Positions 10,417 to 19,302 of a DNA stretch of 32,000 nt are shown here, piece after piece (within the stretch, counting starts at the first letter, position 1; the number at the start of each line of letters is the position of its first letter). Origin of the DNA: Aldersonia sp. NBC_00410 (GTDB taxonomy: Bacteria > Actinomycetota > Actinomycetes > Mycobacteriales > Mycobacteriaceae); NCBI RefSeq assembly GCF_026342035.1, contig NZ_JAPENM010000011.1, positions 96,989-128,988 of the forward strand. The letters run 5' to 3'. Position numbers and translations under genes: made by a program. The notes under the pieces were generated by a model. That model saw nothing but the letters and a program-made list of their open reading frames with translations, had not been told where the DNA came from and made no database searches.

Positions 10417-11104
10417 AGCGCTGGACCGGCTGTCGCACCGACTGGATGCCGCCTGCCGCGCGGCGGGACGCAGCCGCGACGAGGTCGCCCTGCTCCCGGT
10501 CACGAAGTTCTTCCCCGCCGCCGACGTGCAGATTCTCTACGACCTCGGGTGCCGTGAATTCGGTGAGTCCCGCGAGCAGGAGGCGTCCGCGAAGGTCGCC
10601 GACACAGGGCATGAGGATGTCCGCTGGCACCTGATCGGTCGCTTGCAGCGCAACAAGTCTCGCGCGGTCGCCCGTTGGGCGTACGCGGTGCACTCGGTGG
10701 ACAGCGTGCGACTCGCACAGACCCTGGCACGCGCCGTCGCGGAGGCCCACGACGAGGGTGAGCGCGCCGCCGCCCTGCAGGTCTTCGTTCAGGTCAGCCT
10801 CGACGACGATCCGAGCCGCGGCGGAGTGGCCGCCGCGGGCCTGGCCGAACTCGCGGACGTGGTCGCCGACGCCGCGCAGCTGAATCTGAAGGGGCTGATG
10901 GCAATTCCGCCGCTCGACGTCGAGCCGGAACGCGCATTCGCCCGGCTCGCGGAACTGCGGGCGGCATTGACTGCCGGGCATCCCGGTGCCACCGAGCTCT
11001 CCGCGGGGATGTCGAACGATCTGGAAATTGCTGTGCGCCATGGATCGACATGTGTGCGTGTCGGTACCGCCCTGATGGGCTCGCGGCCGATAATCTCGGA
11101 CTAG
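10391..11104 (+). CDS. yggS: YggS-family pyridoxal-phosphate homeostasis protein
   Basis: 237 aa with LLPVTKFFP, GESREQEA, HLIGRLQRNK and LSAGMSNDLEIAVRHGSTCVRVGTALMG. GTG start lies in repeat copy 4. Confidence 0.9.
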   Translation: MSRRSELAEALDRLSHRLDAACRAAGRSRDEVALLPVTKFFPAADVQILYDLGCREFGESREQEASAKVADTGHEDVRWHLIGRLQRNKSRAVARWAYAVHSVDSVRLAQTLARAVAEAHDEGERAAALQVFVQVSLDDDPSRGGVAAAGLAELADVVADAAQLNLKGLMAIPPLDVEPERAFARLAELRAALTAGHPGATELSAGMSNDLEIAVRHGSTCVRVGTALMGSRPIISD

Positions 11105-11209
11105 AACGCGGAACCACTCCAGTCACAACAGAAACACCCCCACGCTGTCTCCGCCGGAAGTCCACCAAGTTCAGAAAATCGGGCCCGCCGCGCCGAGGAA
11201 GGTCGATCA

Positions 11210-11866
11210 ATGAGCACCCTGCACAAGTTCAAGGCGTACTTCGGCATGGTCCCGTTCGAGGACTACGAGGACGACTACCTCGAAGAGCCGCGGCGTCCGG
11301 CCCGCGCGAGCGTTCGTGAGGAGTACGCCGAGCACGATGCCGGCGACTACCCGGAGCCCGCCTACAAGTCGGCCGCTTACGCGCGCCGCCCCGAGTTCGA
11401 GGACGATCCGTACGAGCCGCGTCGTCCCGCACGGGTCGAGTCGATCACGCCCCGCGCGTCCCGGCCGACTGCTCCCGTGGCGCGTGGCACGGGCGGGCGG
11501 GCGACCCACGGTGCGCTCGCCGTCGACACAGGGATCGAGCGCCGTGCCGAGGAGCGCCGCACCCCACTGTTCGACGAGAGCGGCCCGCTGTCGAAGATCA
11601 CCACGCTGCGCCCGCGCGACTACGGCGAGGCCCGCACCATCGGCGAGCGGTTTCGCGACGGCACTCCGGTGATCATGGACCTCGTCGACATGAGCAACGC
11701 GGATGCGAAGCGACTCGTCGACTTCGCCGCCGGATTGGCATTCGCCCTGCGTGGGTCGTTCGACAAGGTGGCGACGAAGGTGTTCTTGCTCTCACCAGCC
11801 GACATCGACGTTTCGGCGGAGGAACGCAAGCGCATCGCCGAAACCGGTTTCTACAACCAGCAATAG
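11210..11866 (+). CDS. sepF: cell division protein SepF
   Basis: 218 aa with an N-terminal amphipathic [15 protein letters not shown], a Pro/Arg/Glu-rich linker and a conserved C-terminal SepF domain (GTPVIMDL...[15 protein letters not shown]). GAGGAAGG RBS upstream. Confidence 0.93.
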   Translation: MSTLHKFKAYFGMVPFEDYEDDYLEEPRRPARASVREEYAEHDAGDYPEPAYKSAAYARRPEFEDDPYEPRRPARVESITPRASRPTAPVARGTGGRATHGALAVDTGIERRAEERRTPLFDESGPLSKITTLRPRDYGEARTIGERFRDGTPVIMDLVDMSNADAKRLVDFAAGLAFALRGSFDKVATKVFLLSPADIDVSAEERKRIAETGFYNQQ

Positions 11867-11878
11867 GCAGCAGCGCAA

Positions 11879-11902
11879 CGGCCGCCGGGCAACCGGCGGC
11901 CG
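11879..11902 (+). promoter_or_regulatory. 10-bp GC stem with GCAA tetraloop between sepF and yggT (attenuator/processing or stabiliser hairpin candidate)
   Basis: cggccgccgg (11879-11888), gcaa, then ccggcggccg (11893-11902), followed by tcgtcgtttcgttcg. The T content after the stem is weak for a full terminator. Confidence 0.35.
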
Positions 11903-11966
11903 TCGTCGTTTCGTTCGCAGGTCGTTTGGTTTTGATCGCTCGCCGATAGTCAGGCAGAGTGAATAC

Positions 11967-12269
11967 GTGGTCCTGTTCGCGGTGTTGTACTTCGTACTCT
12001 TCATTTTCTGGCTGTTGTTGATCGGCCGGATCATCGTGGAGTTCATCCGTGCGTTCGCCCGCGACTGGCACCCGACGGGGATCGTCGTGGTGATTCTGGA
12101 AACCGTCTTCACCATCACCGATCCACCCGTGAAACTGCTGCGCCGGATCATTCCGCCGATATCGCTCGGCGGGCTCCGGCTGGACCTGTCGATCATGGTC
12201 CTGCTGTTCGTGGTTTACATCCTGATGGAAATCGTCAGCCGACTTGCCCAACCGGCCGGTTTGGCATGA
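11967..12269 (+). CDS. yggT: YggT-family membrane protein
   Basis: GTG 11967 gives a 100-aa two-TM protein (FIFWLLLIGRIIVEFIR...ITDPPVKLLRRIIPP...LDLSIMVLL), similar in size and sequence to the mycobacterial orthologue. The 5' part of track ORF 11703..12269 overlaps sepF. Confidence 0.85.
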   Translation: MVLFAVLYFVLFIFWLLLIGRIIVEFIRAFARDWHPTGIVVVILETVFTITDPPVKLLRRIIPPISLGGLRLDLSIMVLLFVVYILMEIVSRLAQPAGLA

Positions 12270-12367
12270 CTCTGCGCACCACGGTTACAGTGTTGAGGTT
12301 CGATGACGCCCAGGCGCCGATCCGACCAGTTGCTTTGCCGCTCCGAAATGCGTGAAGGGATCCTTCC

Positions 12368-13177
12368 ATGCCGCTGACCCCAGCTGATGTGCACAACGTC
12401 GCGTTCAGCAAACCGCCGATCGGAAAACGCGGCTACAACGAGGACGAAGTCGACGCATTCCTCGACATGGTCGAGCAGGAGATGGCCCGCCTCATCGAGG
12501 AGAACGCCGATCTGCGCCAGCGGGTGAGTGAGCTCGACACCGAGCTCGGCGAGGCCAAGAACGCCCCGCAGCAGGCCACACAGGCCGCGCCCGCCCCCAA
12601 GCCGGAACCGAGGCCCGAGCCGGAGCAGCCCAAACCGGCGCCCGCGCCGGCGGCTCCGGCGCCGTCCGCTGATGCGAACCTGCAGGCCGCGAAGGTGCTC
12701 GGGCTCGCTCAGGAGATGGCCGACCGGCTCACCGGCGAGGCGAAGGCGGAGTCGGAGCAGCTGCTCACCAATGCGCGCACCAACTCGGAGCGCCTGGTCA
12801 GCGATGCACGCTCGCGTTCGGAGACGATGATCGCCGAGGCACGGCAGAAGTCCGACGCACTGCTCACCGACGCGCAGACCCGCTCGCAGAATCAGCTGCG
12901 CGACGCGCAGGAGAAGTCCGACGCGATCGCGGCGGAATCCGAGCGCAAGCACACCGAGGTCATGGCCACGATCAACCAGCAGCGCACCGTGCTGGAAGGA
13001 CGGATCGACCGGCTCAAGACGTTCGAGCGCGAGTACCGGGTGCGGCTGAAGTCCTACCTGGAGTCGCAGCTCGAAGAGCTGGAGAACCGTGGCTCCGCGG
13101 TGCCGGCCGACGGCGGCGACGCCTTCGACACGGCCAATAACCACGGCCAATCCACCTTCGTGAACGAGAGCAACTAA
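12368..13177 (+). CDS. divIVA: DivIVA/Wag31 polar growth and division protein
   Basis: 269 aa with N-terminal [33 protein letters not shown], a Pro/Ala linker and a long coiled coil. GAAGGGA RBS upstream. Confidence 0.95.
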   Translation: MPLTPADVHNVAFSKPPIGKRGYNEDEVDAFLDMVEQEMARLIEENADLRQRVSELDTELGEAKNAPQQATQAAPAPKPEPRPEPEQPKPAPAPAAPAPSADANLQAAKVLGLAQEMADRLTGEAKAESEQLLTNARTNSERLVSDARSRSETMIAEARQKSDALLTDAQTRSQNQLRDAQEKSDAIAAESERKHTEVMATINQQRTVLEGRIDRLKTFEREYRVRLKSYLESQLEELENRGSAVPADGGDAFDTANNHGQSTFVNESN

Positions 13178-13189
13178 GCTCGCAGCCTT

Positions 13190-13354
13190 GTGCTGGTACT
13201 GACGCTGGTCATGGCCGCGGTCGGCTTCGGCCTGCTCGTGATAGCCCTGACGACCGGGTCGGTCGCGTGGGCATGGGGGAGCATTGCGGTATGCCTACTC
13301 GGTGCCGTGCTGCTCCTGGTCAGCGCACTGTCCGGCCGCGGCAAGGCACCGTGA
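13190..13354 (+). CDS. small two-helix membrane protein (not in the ORF track, below its length cutoff)
   Basis: GTG 13190 (or ATG 13211) to TGA 13352-13354. Encodes VLVLTLVMAAVGFGLLVIALTTGSVAWAWGSIAVCLLGAVLLLVSALSGRGKAP. Third-position GC is high. No convincing SD. Confidence 0.4.
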   Translation: MLVLTLVMAAVGFGLLVIALTTGSVAWAWGSIAVCLLGAVLLLVSALSGRGKAP

Positions 13355-13399
13355 CCGCCGGTAGGCCCGCGCGGTGCACCCGGAAAACCGATTTGCACA

Positions 13400-13633
13400 G
13401 CGCCAGTAGAATCGAAAATGTTCGGCGTCGATCCGGTCATCACCGGGGAGCCTTCGGAAGAACGGCGAGATCGCTCGCTCAGTAGAACCGAACGGGAGAG
13501 CCCGTCACAGCTCGCGGGAGAGTGGCCCCGGCACCGCGGTGCGGACCTGGGCAAGCGGGGTGGTACCGCGGTAGCAGTGCACGCAGCACTGCCGTCGTCC
13601 CCGTGCCGAGCAACTGGCACAGGAGATGCGACG
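13400..13633 (+). promoter_or_regulatory. ileS T-box riboswitch leader (translational, SD-sequestering type); 5' boundary approximate
   Basis: T-box core GGGGUGGUACCGCGG lies at 13557-13571. AGUAGA S-turn-like elements lie at 13405-13410 and 13481-13486. The best specifier candidate is AUC-A at 13439-13442. CCCC 13599-13602 can pair with the T-box GGGG, or can stack on hairpin GUGCC/GGCAC (13603-07/13616-20) abutting SD AGGAG 13621-13625. Confidence 0.8.
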
Positions 13634-16600
13634 ATGGCCGATCAGCGAAACACCGACGGGCAGACCTATCCCCGCGTCGACCTGACCGCGGGCATCGATT
13701 CCAGCGCCCCGCTGTTCCCCGAACTCGAGGCCAAGGTGCTCGACGAGTGGGCGGCGTCGGGCACCTTCCGCAAGAGCATCGAGCAGCGCGGCGACGCGAC
13801 CGAGTTCGTCTTCTACGACGGCCCGCCGTTCGCCAACGGTCTGCCGCACTACGGCCACCTGCTCACCGGCTACGTCAAAGACCTCGTGCCGCGGTACCAG
13901 ACCATGCGCGGGCACAAGGTCGACCGGAGATTCGGCTGGGACTGCCACGGGCTGCCCGCCGAACTCGAAGCCGAAAAGCAGCTCGGCATCAAGGACAAGT
14001 CGCAGATCGACGCGATGGGCCTCGCCGAGTTCAACGCGTACTGCAAGCAGTCGGTGCTGCGCTACACCGGCGAGTGGCGGGACTACGTCACCCGTCAGGC
14101 CCGCTGGGTCGACTTCGACAACGACTACAAGACGCTCGACATCGACTTCATGGAGTCGGTGATGTGGGCGTTCAAGACGCTTTACGACAAGGGCCTGATC
14201 TACCAGGGCTTCCGGGTGCTGCCCTACAGCTGGTACGAGCAGACGCCGCTGTCGAACCAGGAGACCCGGCTCGACGACGCCTACAAGATGCGGCAGGACC
14301 CGGCGCTGACCGTCGACATGCCGCTGCATGTCCCCGCGGACCACCCGCTGGCCGCCCTGGACGGCGCCAACGCGCTGATCTGGACCACCACGCCGTGGAC
14401 GTTGCCGTCCAACCTGGCGATCGCCGTGCATCCGGACTTGCGCTACGTGCAGGTGCGAGGTGGCGATGGCAAGCGCTATCTGCTCGCCGCCGAACGGGTC
14501 GGGCACTACGCCAAAGAGCTCGACGGGCATGAGGTGTTGGGCGAGTACGACGGTGCCGCGCTGGTCGGGCTGCGTTACGACCCGCCGTTCGGCTTCTTCG
14601 TGGGGCATCCGAACGCACACCGGGTGATCGGCGCGGACTACGTCACCACCGATTCCGGTACCGGCATCGTGCACATGGCGCCGGCCTTCGGTGAAGAGGA
14701 CATGGAGTACTGCTCTGCCAACGGCATCGAGCTGGTACAGCCCCTCGACGAGGGCGGCCGGTTCACCTCGATGGTGCCGCCGTACGAGGGTCAGATGGTC
14801 TTCGACGCCAACCCGAACATCATCCGCGACCTCAAGGCCGCCGCAAAGGTGTTGCGGCACGAGACGATCGAGCACTCCTACCCGCACAGCTGGCGTTCGG
14901 GTCAGCCGCTGATCTACATGGCGGTGCCGAGCTGGTTCGTCGCGGTAACCAAGTTCCGCAACCGCATGGTCGAGCTCAACCAGGAGATCACCTGGGTCCC
15001 CGAACATATCCGCGACGGTCAGTTCGGTAAGTGGCTCGAGGGCGCGCGGGATTGGAACATCAGCCGAAATCGATACTGGGGTAGCCCGATCCCGGTGTGG
15101 ATGTCCGACGATCCGGCGTATCCGCGGGTCGACGTGTACGGCAGCCTCGACGAGCTCGAGCGTGATTTCGGTGTGCGCCCGACGGATCTGCACCGGCCGA
15201 TGATCGACGAGCTGACCCGGCCCAACCCGGACGACCCGACCGGGCGCTCCACCATGCGCCGAGTGCCCGAGGTGCTCGACTGCTGGTTCGAATCCGGCTC
15301 GATGCCGTACGCGCAGGTGCACTACCCGTTCGAGAACCGGGAATGGTTCGAGGGCACTGCGGAGGCCGAGGGTCACTTTCCGGGCGATTTCATCGTCGAG
15401 TACAACGGTCAGACGCGGGGCTGGTTCTACAACCTGCACGTGCTCGCGACCGCGCTCTTCGACCGTCCGGCGTTCAAACGAGTTGTGGCGCATGGCATCG
15501 TGCTCGGCGACGACGGCCTGAAGATGAGCAAGTCGAAGGGCAACTACCCCGACGTCAACGAGGTGTTCGACCGGGACGGCTCGGACGCGATGCGCTGGTT
15601 CCTGATGAGCTCGCCCATCCTGCGCGGTGGCAACCTCATTGTCACCGAGCGCGGTATCCGCGAGGGTGTGAGCCATGCGCTGCGGCCGCTGTGGAACGCC
15701 TGGACGTTCCTGCAGCTGTACGCGGCCAAGCCGGGTACGTGGCGCACGGATTCGCCGCATGTCCTGGACCGGTATGTGCTGGCCAAGCTTGCGGCGCTGC
15801 GCGATTCGATGACCGACGCGCTCGACAGCTACGATATCGCCGGTGCCTGCGAGGAGCTTCGGTCGTTCTGCGACGCACTGACCAATTGGTACGTGCGCCG
15901 GTCGCGTCAGCGTTTCTGGCAGGAGGAGCAGGACGCGATCGACACCCTGCACACCGTGCTCGAGGTCGTCTCGCGGCTTTCGGCACCGCTGCTGCCGCAG
16001 ATCAGCGAGGTGATCTGGCGCGGGGTCACCGGCGGTGAGTCGGTCCACTTGACGGATTGGCCTGCCGCGGAAGAAGTTCCGGCCGACGCCGAACTCGCCG
16101 ACACGATGGACGAAGTCCGCACGGTGTGCTCGACGGTGCTGAGCCTGCGCAAGGCGCAGAACCTGCGGGTGCGCCTGCCGCTTTCGGAGGTCACCATCGC
16201 GGCCGGCGATGCGGACCGTCTCGCACCGTTCGCCGACCTCATCGCCGACGAGGTGAACGTCAAGAAGGTCGATCTGACCCCGAATGTCGACGTGCACGGC
16301 AAGTTCGAGCTGGTCGTGAACGCCCGCGCCGCGGGCCCGCGGCTCGGTAAGGACGTGCAGACCGTGATCAAGGCGGTCAAGGCGGGTGACTGGGCCGAGG
16401 ATGCCGAGGGCGTCGTTCGAGCTGCAGGTATCGTCTTGCTGCCCGAGGAGTACACCCAGCGGCTCGTCGCGGCCGAGCCCGAGTCCACCGCCGCGCTGCC
16501 CGGTAATGCCGGTCTGGTCGTGCTGAATTCGACCGTCACCGAGGAGCTCGAGGCCGAGGGTTGGGCGCGCGATGTGATCCGCGAACTGCAGGAGGCCCGC

Positions 16601-16795
16601 AAGTCGGCCGGCCTCGACGTGTCCGACCGAATCAGCCTAGTCCTCGAAGTCGATGCGGCACATGAGGACTGGGCCGGCAGGCATCGCGACCTGATCGCGG
16701 GCGAGGTACTCGCCACCGAGTTCGGGCTCGGTGCAGCGGGCCCCGGCGCCGTCGATGTGCTCGACGGAGTGCGGGCCCGGATCACCCGGCGCTGA
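13634..16795 (+). CDS. ileS: isoleucine--tRNA ligase
   Basis: ATG 13634 lies 8 nt after AGGAG and gives 1053 aa. HIGH region [14 protein letters not shown] and KMSKS region LKMSKSKGN are present. The track ORF start at 13418 falls inside the T-box leader. Confidence 0.96.
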   Translation: MADQRNTDGQTYPRVDLTAGIDSSAPLFPELEAKVLDEWAASGTFRKSIEQRGDATEFVFYDGPPFANGLPHYGHLLTGYVKDLVPRYQTMRGHKVDRRFGWDCHGLPAELEAEKQLGIKDKSQIDAMGLAEFNAYCKQSVLRYTGEWRDYVTRQARWVDFDNDYKTLDIDFMESVMWAFKTLYDKGLIYQGFRVLPYSWYEQTPLSNQETRLDDAYKMRQDPALTVDMPLHVPADHPLAALDGANALIWTTTPWTLPSNLAIAVHPDLRYVQVRGGDGKRYLLAAERVGHYAKELDGHEVLGEYDGAALVGLRYDPPFGFFVGHPNAHRVIGADYVTTDSGTGIVHMAPAFGEEDMEYCSANGIELVQPLDEGGRFTSMVPPYEGQMVFDANPNIIRDLKAAAKVLRHETIEHSYPHSWRSGQPLIYMAVPSWFVAVTKFRNRMVELNQEITWVPEHIRDGQFGKWLEGARDWNISRNRYWGSPIPVWMSDDPAYPRVDVYGSLDELERDFGVRPTDLHRPMIDELTRPNPDDPTGRSTMRRVPEVLDCWFESGSMPYAQVHYPFENREWFEGTAEAEGHFPGDFIVEYNGQTRGWFYNLHVLATALFDRPAFKRVVAHGIVLGDDGLKMSKSKGNYPDVNEVFDRDGSDAMRWFLMSSPILRGGNLIVTERGIREGVSHALRPLWNAWTFLQLYAAKPGTWRTDSPHVLDRYVLAKLAALRDSMTDALDSYDIAGACEELRSFCDALTNWYVRRSRQRFWQEEQDAIDTLHTVLEVVSRLSAPLLPQISEVIWRGVTGGESVHLTDWPAAEEVPADAELADTMDEVRTVCSTVLSLRKAQNLRVRLPLSEVTIAAGDADRLAPFADLIADEVNVKKVDLTPNVDVHGKFELVVNARAAGPRLGKDVQTVIKAVKAGDWAEDAEGVVRAAGIVLLPEEYTQRLVAAEPESTAALPGNAGLVVLNSTVTEELEAEGWARDVIRELQEARKSAGLDVSDRISLVLEVDAAHEDWAGRHRDLIAGEVLATEFGLGAAGPGAVDVLDGVRARITRR

Positions 16796-16796
16796 C

Positions 16797-16825
16797 GGGC
16801 CTCGTCGAAGACGAGCAGACGGCCC
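16797..16825. terminator. possible bidirectional stem-loop between convergent ileS and the secreted-protein gene
   Basis: The inner stem is CTCGTC-gaa-GACGAG (16801-16815). It is flanked by GGGC (16797-16800) and GCCC (16822-16825). There is no U tract. Confidence 0.3.
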
Positions 16826-17229
16826 TACGGGGTCACGAAAAACGTGCCGACGCTGGGCGTGACGATCACCTCGCCCAGATCCGGTATCCGGACGGATGCC
16901 GTGACGACGACCTGGCCGGAGCCGGTCGTGGTGGCGGCATCGGTCGGCTGTTGCTCGGTGATGGTTCCGGAGCCCCCGGTGCTCAGGTTGACCCAGGTGT
17001 AAGTCCATCCGTAGCCCTGTCGTACCGGGTGGATCCGGCCATGTCCGTGCTCGATCGTCGGTGTGTACGGTGCCGCACCACGGGTAATCGGCAGCCCGAC
17101 AATCACTCCCGGCACCTGCAGCGTGGTCGCGCCGTCGAATGTCACCGGTTCGGCGGCGGCGGGCGCCGTCGAGCCGATCCACATCCCGACTCCGAGCACA
17201 CCGACCACCAGTCCGCCAATTGTTCGCAC
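16825..17229 (-). CDS. small secreted protein of unknown function
   Basis: GAGGAG (17242-17237) precedes tandem GTG codons at 17232 and 17229. Sec-type signal peptide VRTIGGLVVGVLGVGMWIGSTAPAAA/EP. The mature part is about 108 aa, beta-rich and Thr/Gly/Val-rich. The 5' part of the 172-aa track ORF is probably not translated. Confidence 0.7.
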   Translation of the reverse strand: MRTIGGLVVGVLGVGMWIGSTAPAAAEPVTFDGATTLQVPGVIVGLPITRGAAPYTPTIEHGHGRIHPVRQGYGWTYTWVNLSTGGSGTITEQQPTDAATTTGSGQVVVTASVRIPDLGEVIVTPSVGTFFVTP

Positions 17230-17310
17230 CACGCAACTCCTCGCTCTTGCAACAAATTCCGCAGTTACTTCCGATGTGCGCGGTCGTTCGTTACGCAGGC
17301 TGGCGAGGCA

Positions 17311-17337
17311 GGTCGGACTAGTGTGACTGGTCCGACC
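17311..17337 (+). promoter_or_regulatory. candidate TA operator: 8-bp inverted repeat GGTCGGAC-N11-GTCCGACC
   Basis: Perfect arms at 17311-17318 and 17330-17337, 28 nt upstream of the antitoxin ATG. TATCGT (17351-17356, TAnnnT) ends 8 nt before ATG 17365 and there is no SD, which suggests a leaderless transcript. Confidence 0.4.
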
Positions 17338-17364
17338 GGTCAATTACGAGTATCGTTTGCGGAC

Positions 17365-17601
17365 ATGAGGACGACTACCAGCACCGAGGCCAAGGCGCGG
17401 CTTAATGCGCTACTGGCGGAGGTTGCGGAGACCGGGGAACCGATCACCATCACCAGTCACGGGAAGCCCGTGGCCGTCCTGTCTCCCGCTGTGCCGATCC
17501 CACGTCGATTCGGGCAGATGGCTGGCCGGTTGACCATTCCCGCCGATTTCGACACGCCTCTCGATGACGCCGATCTTGCACGCTGGGAGGGTGGCGAGTG
17601 A
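17365..17601 (+). CDS. type II antitoxin, Phd/YefM family
   Basis: 78 aa with N-terminus MRTTTSTEAKARLNALLAEVAETGEPITITSHGKPVAVLS. The stop overlaps the PIN toxin start (GTGA). The track ORF 16951..17601 is an upstream extension antisense to the neighbouring gene. Confidence 0.85.
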   Translation: MRTTTSTEAKARLNALLAEVAETGEPITITSHGKPVAVLSPAVPIPRRFGQMAGRLTIPADFDTPLDDADLARWEGGE

Positions 17602-18005
17602 TTTCGACCGGCGTCCTGCTCGATACAAACGCATTGCTGTGGTGGGTTGTCGATCCCGACCGAATCGGACCGGATGTGCGTGAGCGGTTGGCGGACCCGT
17701 CGACGCAGGTGTTCGTGTCGGCGGCATCGGCATGGGAGGTGGCGATCAAGACCCGCTTGGGCAAGCTTGCCGGTGGTGAGGCGTTGCTATCCGTGTGGGA
17801 CGAGACGCTCGCGAGTATCCGCGCGACGGCGATCGACATGACGGCCGCGGACGCGATCATGGCGGGCGGTCTCCCGTGGCCGCACCGGGACCCCTTCGAC
17901 CGGATGCTGGTGTCGCAAGCTGCTCGGCGCGGTCTGACGTTGGCCAGCAGCGACGAGGTAATTCTCGCCGGCGCCATGTCGCCGACTCTCGACCTACGCC
18001 GATGA
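17598..18005 (+). CDS. vapC: type II toxin, PIN-domain ribonuclease (VapC family)
   Basis: 135 aa with PIN acidic motifs LLDTNALLWW, SAASAWEVAIK and PHRDPFDRMLVSQA. Translationally coupled to the antitoxin gene. Confidence 0.88.
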   Translation: MISTGVLLDTNALLWWVVDPDRIGPDVRERLADPSTQVFVSAASAWEVAIKTRLGKLAGGEALLSVWDETLASIRATAIDMTAADAIMAGGLPWPHRDPFDRMLVSQAARRGLTLASSDEVILAGAMSPTLDLRR

Positions 18006-18142
18006 ACTGCCGACGCGACCGGTGAAGTCCTCGACTATCACGATCCCGATAAAATAAGTCAACTGCGGGCTCGCGCGATTTCCCAGCCCGGGCTGGCTGG
18101 CCGAGGCGCGACTCTTGCCTGCAAGGTGAGGATGGGCCGTTA

Positions 18143-19000
18143 ATGGTGGACTGTCACGAAGCACCATTCCCCATAGCCGCCTATTTCGACATGAATGTGT
18201 GGGTCGAGATGGCGAAGGGCCTGAAAATAGGTAACCCGGACTGGCTGGCTGCTGCCGACGAACTAAAGGCTGCGGTTCGAGAGTCCCGACTAGTGGTTCC
18301 TCTCAGTGCGGCGCACTACATGGAACTCTGGCACCGCCGTGACCAGGCCTCACGCGAGGCTGTGGGCGCTCTGATGCGCGACATCGCGGACTACGTGTCC
18401 CTATCGCCAATTCAGCGAGTGCGCGACTTGGAAGTCGATGCGCTAGTTGATCGCCACCTTGGTGGCCGGCGCCGGATAGAGGCACCGGATCTTCTTGCGA
18501 GGGGAGTCGTTCATGCCTCCGACTCGCCCCACGGCCGGCTTCGGTTTGTGTCGTCGATCGAAACCGCGGACGAGCCGGAGGGGTCGGCGGCCGATGCGCC
18601 GGTCGGGGTCGAGGACCTTCGGGCGCAGCCACCACTCTGGGAGTGGATACACCTTGTAGGCACCCAAGAACTCATAGCGGCAGACGGCCTCGATCGGACG
18701 CCCGAACATCGTCATGGAAGCCGATACGTGGACCAAGAGCTGGATCTACGCCGTCGAATATCGGCGGATCCATCGCTTCGTTCGCGACTTCTGGATTACA
18801 TCATCACCGAAGAGATAACCGACCTGACTGATGCGATCAATAGGGCCTGCCGGGAACGCGAAACAGACCCCCACATTCTGATCCTTGGGCGCGGAGGCAC
18901 GCCTGCTGATGCCATTCGCAAAGTCGTACTTGAGATTCCTAGTGTGGATGTAGTCGTGAGGCTTCGCTGGTGGAAGCACAAGGATCTTGGTCTGCAATGA
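18143..19000 (+). CDS. orphan hypothetical protein in a low-GC segment; 3' end probably disrupted
   Basis: 285-aa ORF. GC is clearly lower than in flanking genes. A 14-bp perfect palindrome CCAGCCCGGGCTGG (18083-18096) lies upstream. I recognise no family motif. Confidence 0.55.
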   Translation: MVDCHEAPFPIAAYFDMNVWVEMAKGLKIGNPDWLAAADELKAAVRESRLVVPLSAAHYMELWHRRDQASREAVGALMRDIADYVSLSPIQRVRDLEVDALVDRHLGGRRRIEAPDLLARGVVHASDSPHGRLRFVSSIETADEPEGSAADAPVGVEDLRAQPPLWEWIHLVGTQELIAADGLDRTPEHRHGSRYVDQELDLRRRISADPSLRSRLLDYIITEEITDLTDAINRACRERETDPHILILGRGGTPADAIRKVVLEIPSVDVVVRLRWWKHKDLGLQ

Positions 19001-19196
19001 ACAGCACGACAAGACCGACCTCATGGCGCTGGGTGTCGCCACCCCGTACTCGGACATTGTCGTGACGGAGCGTCGATGGTCACACCTGCTCCGAGTTTCT
19101 GGGCTGGCAAGCCGATATTCAACGGCTGTTGGCCAAGGGCTCGGGGGCGTCAGGACGGCGCTCGGTCTTTGCGACCGTCCACCTTTTCGTGTCTGA
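18960..19196 (+). pseudogene. out-of-frame continuation of the orphan ORF (apparent frameshift near 18960-19000)
   Basis: The +1 frame is open from 18960 and reads ...NEQHDKTDLMALGVATPYSDIVVTERRWSHLLRVSGLA... with high third-position GC for about 35 codons, overlapping the stop at 18998-19000. Coding signal decays after about 19100. Confidence 0.4.
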
Positions 19197-19302
19197 TGTC
19201 GAAAGGGGGAACTCTGGTGGACCGGCTCGGTCGACCACGCTTGGCCTGGAACGTTTTTGGGAGCTTCGCCGACCGGAGCCTGCGCCAACTATCCGGCGCT
19301 GG

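Noticed and set aside
11703-11966. 5' extension of the yggT track ORF
   Set aside because: It overlaps the sepF C-terminus in another frame and crosses the sepF-yggT hairpin. The YggT homology and TM helices begin at GTG 11967.
13418-13633. 72-codon N-terminal extension of the ileS ORF in the track
   Set aside because: The extension contains the T-box core and its helices. An SD (AGGAG) and ATG 13634 give an IleS N-terminus of normal length.
13505-16297. 930-aa minus-strand ORF antisense to ileS
   Set aside because: It shows the same high-GC artefact, with low-complexity Arg/Val/Gly/His-rich composition. ileS on the plus strand has unmistakable HIGH and KMSKS motifs.
16951-17364. Upstream part of the 216-aa plus-strand ORF ending as the antitoxin
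   Set aside because: It is antisense to the secreted-protein gene. The antitoxin domain and a normal size (78 aa) start at ATG 17365.
18746-19288. 180-aa minus-strand ORF downstream of kdpE
   Set aside because: It has poor codon bias, no start context and no motifs. It overlaps the better-supported plus-strand orphan gene remnant.
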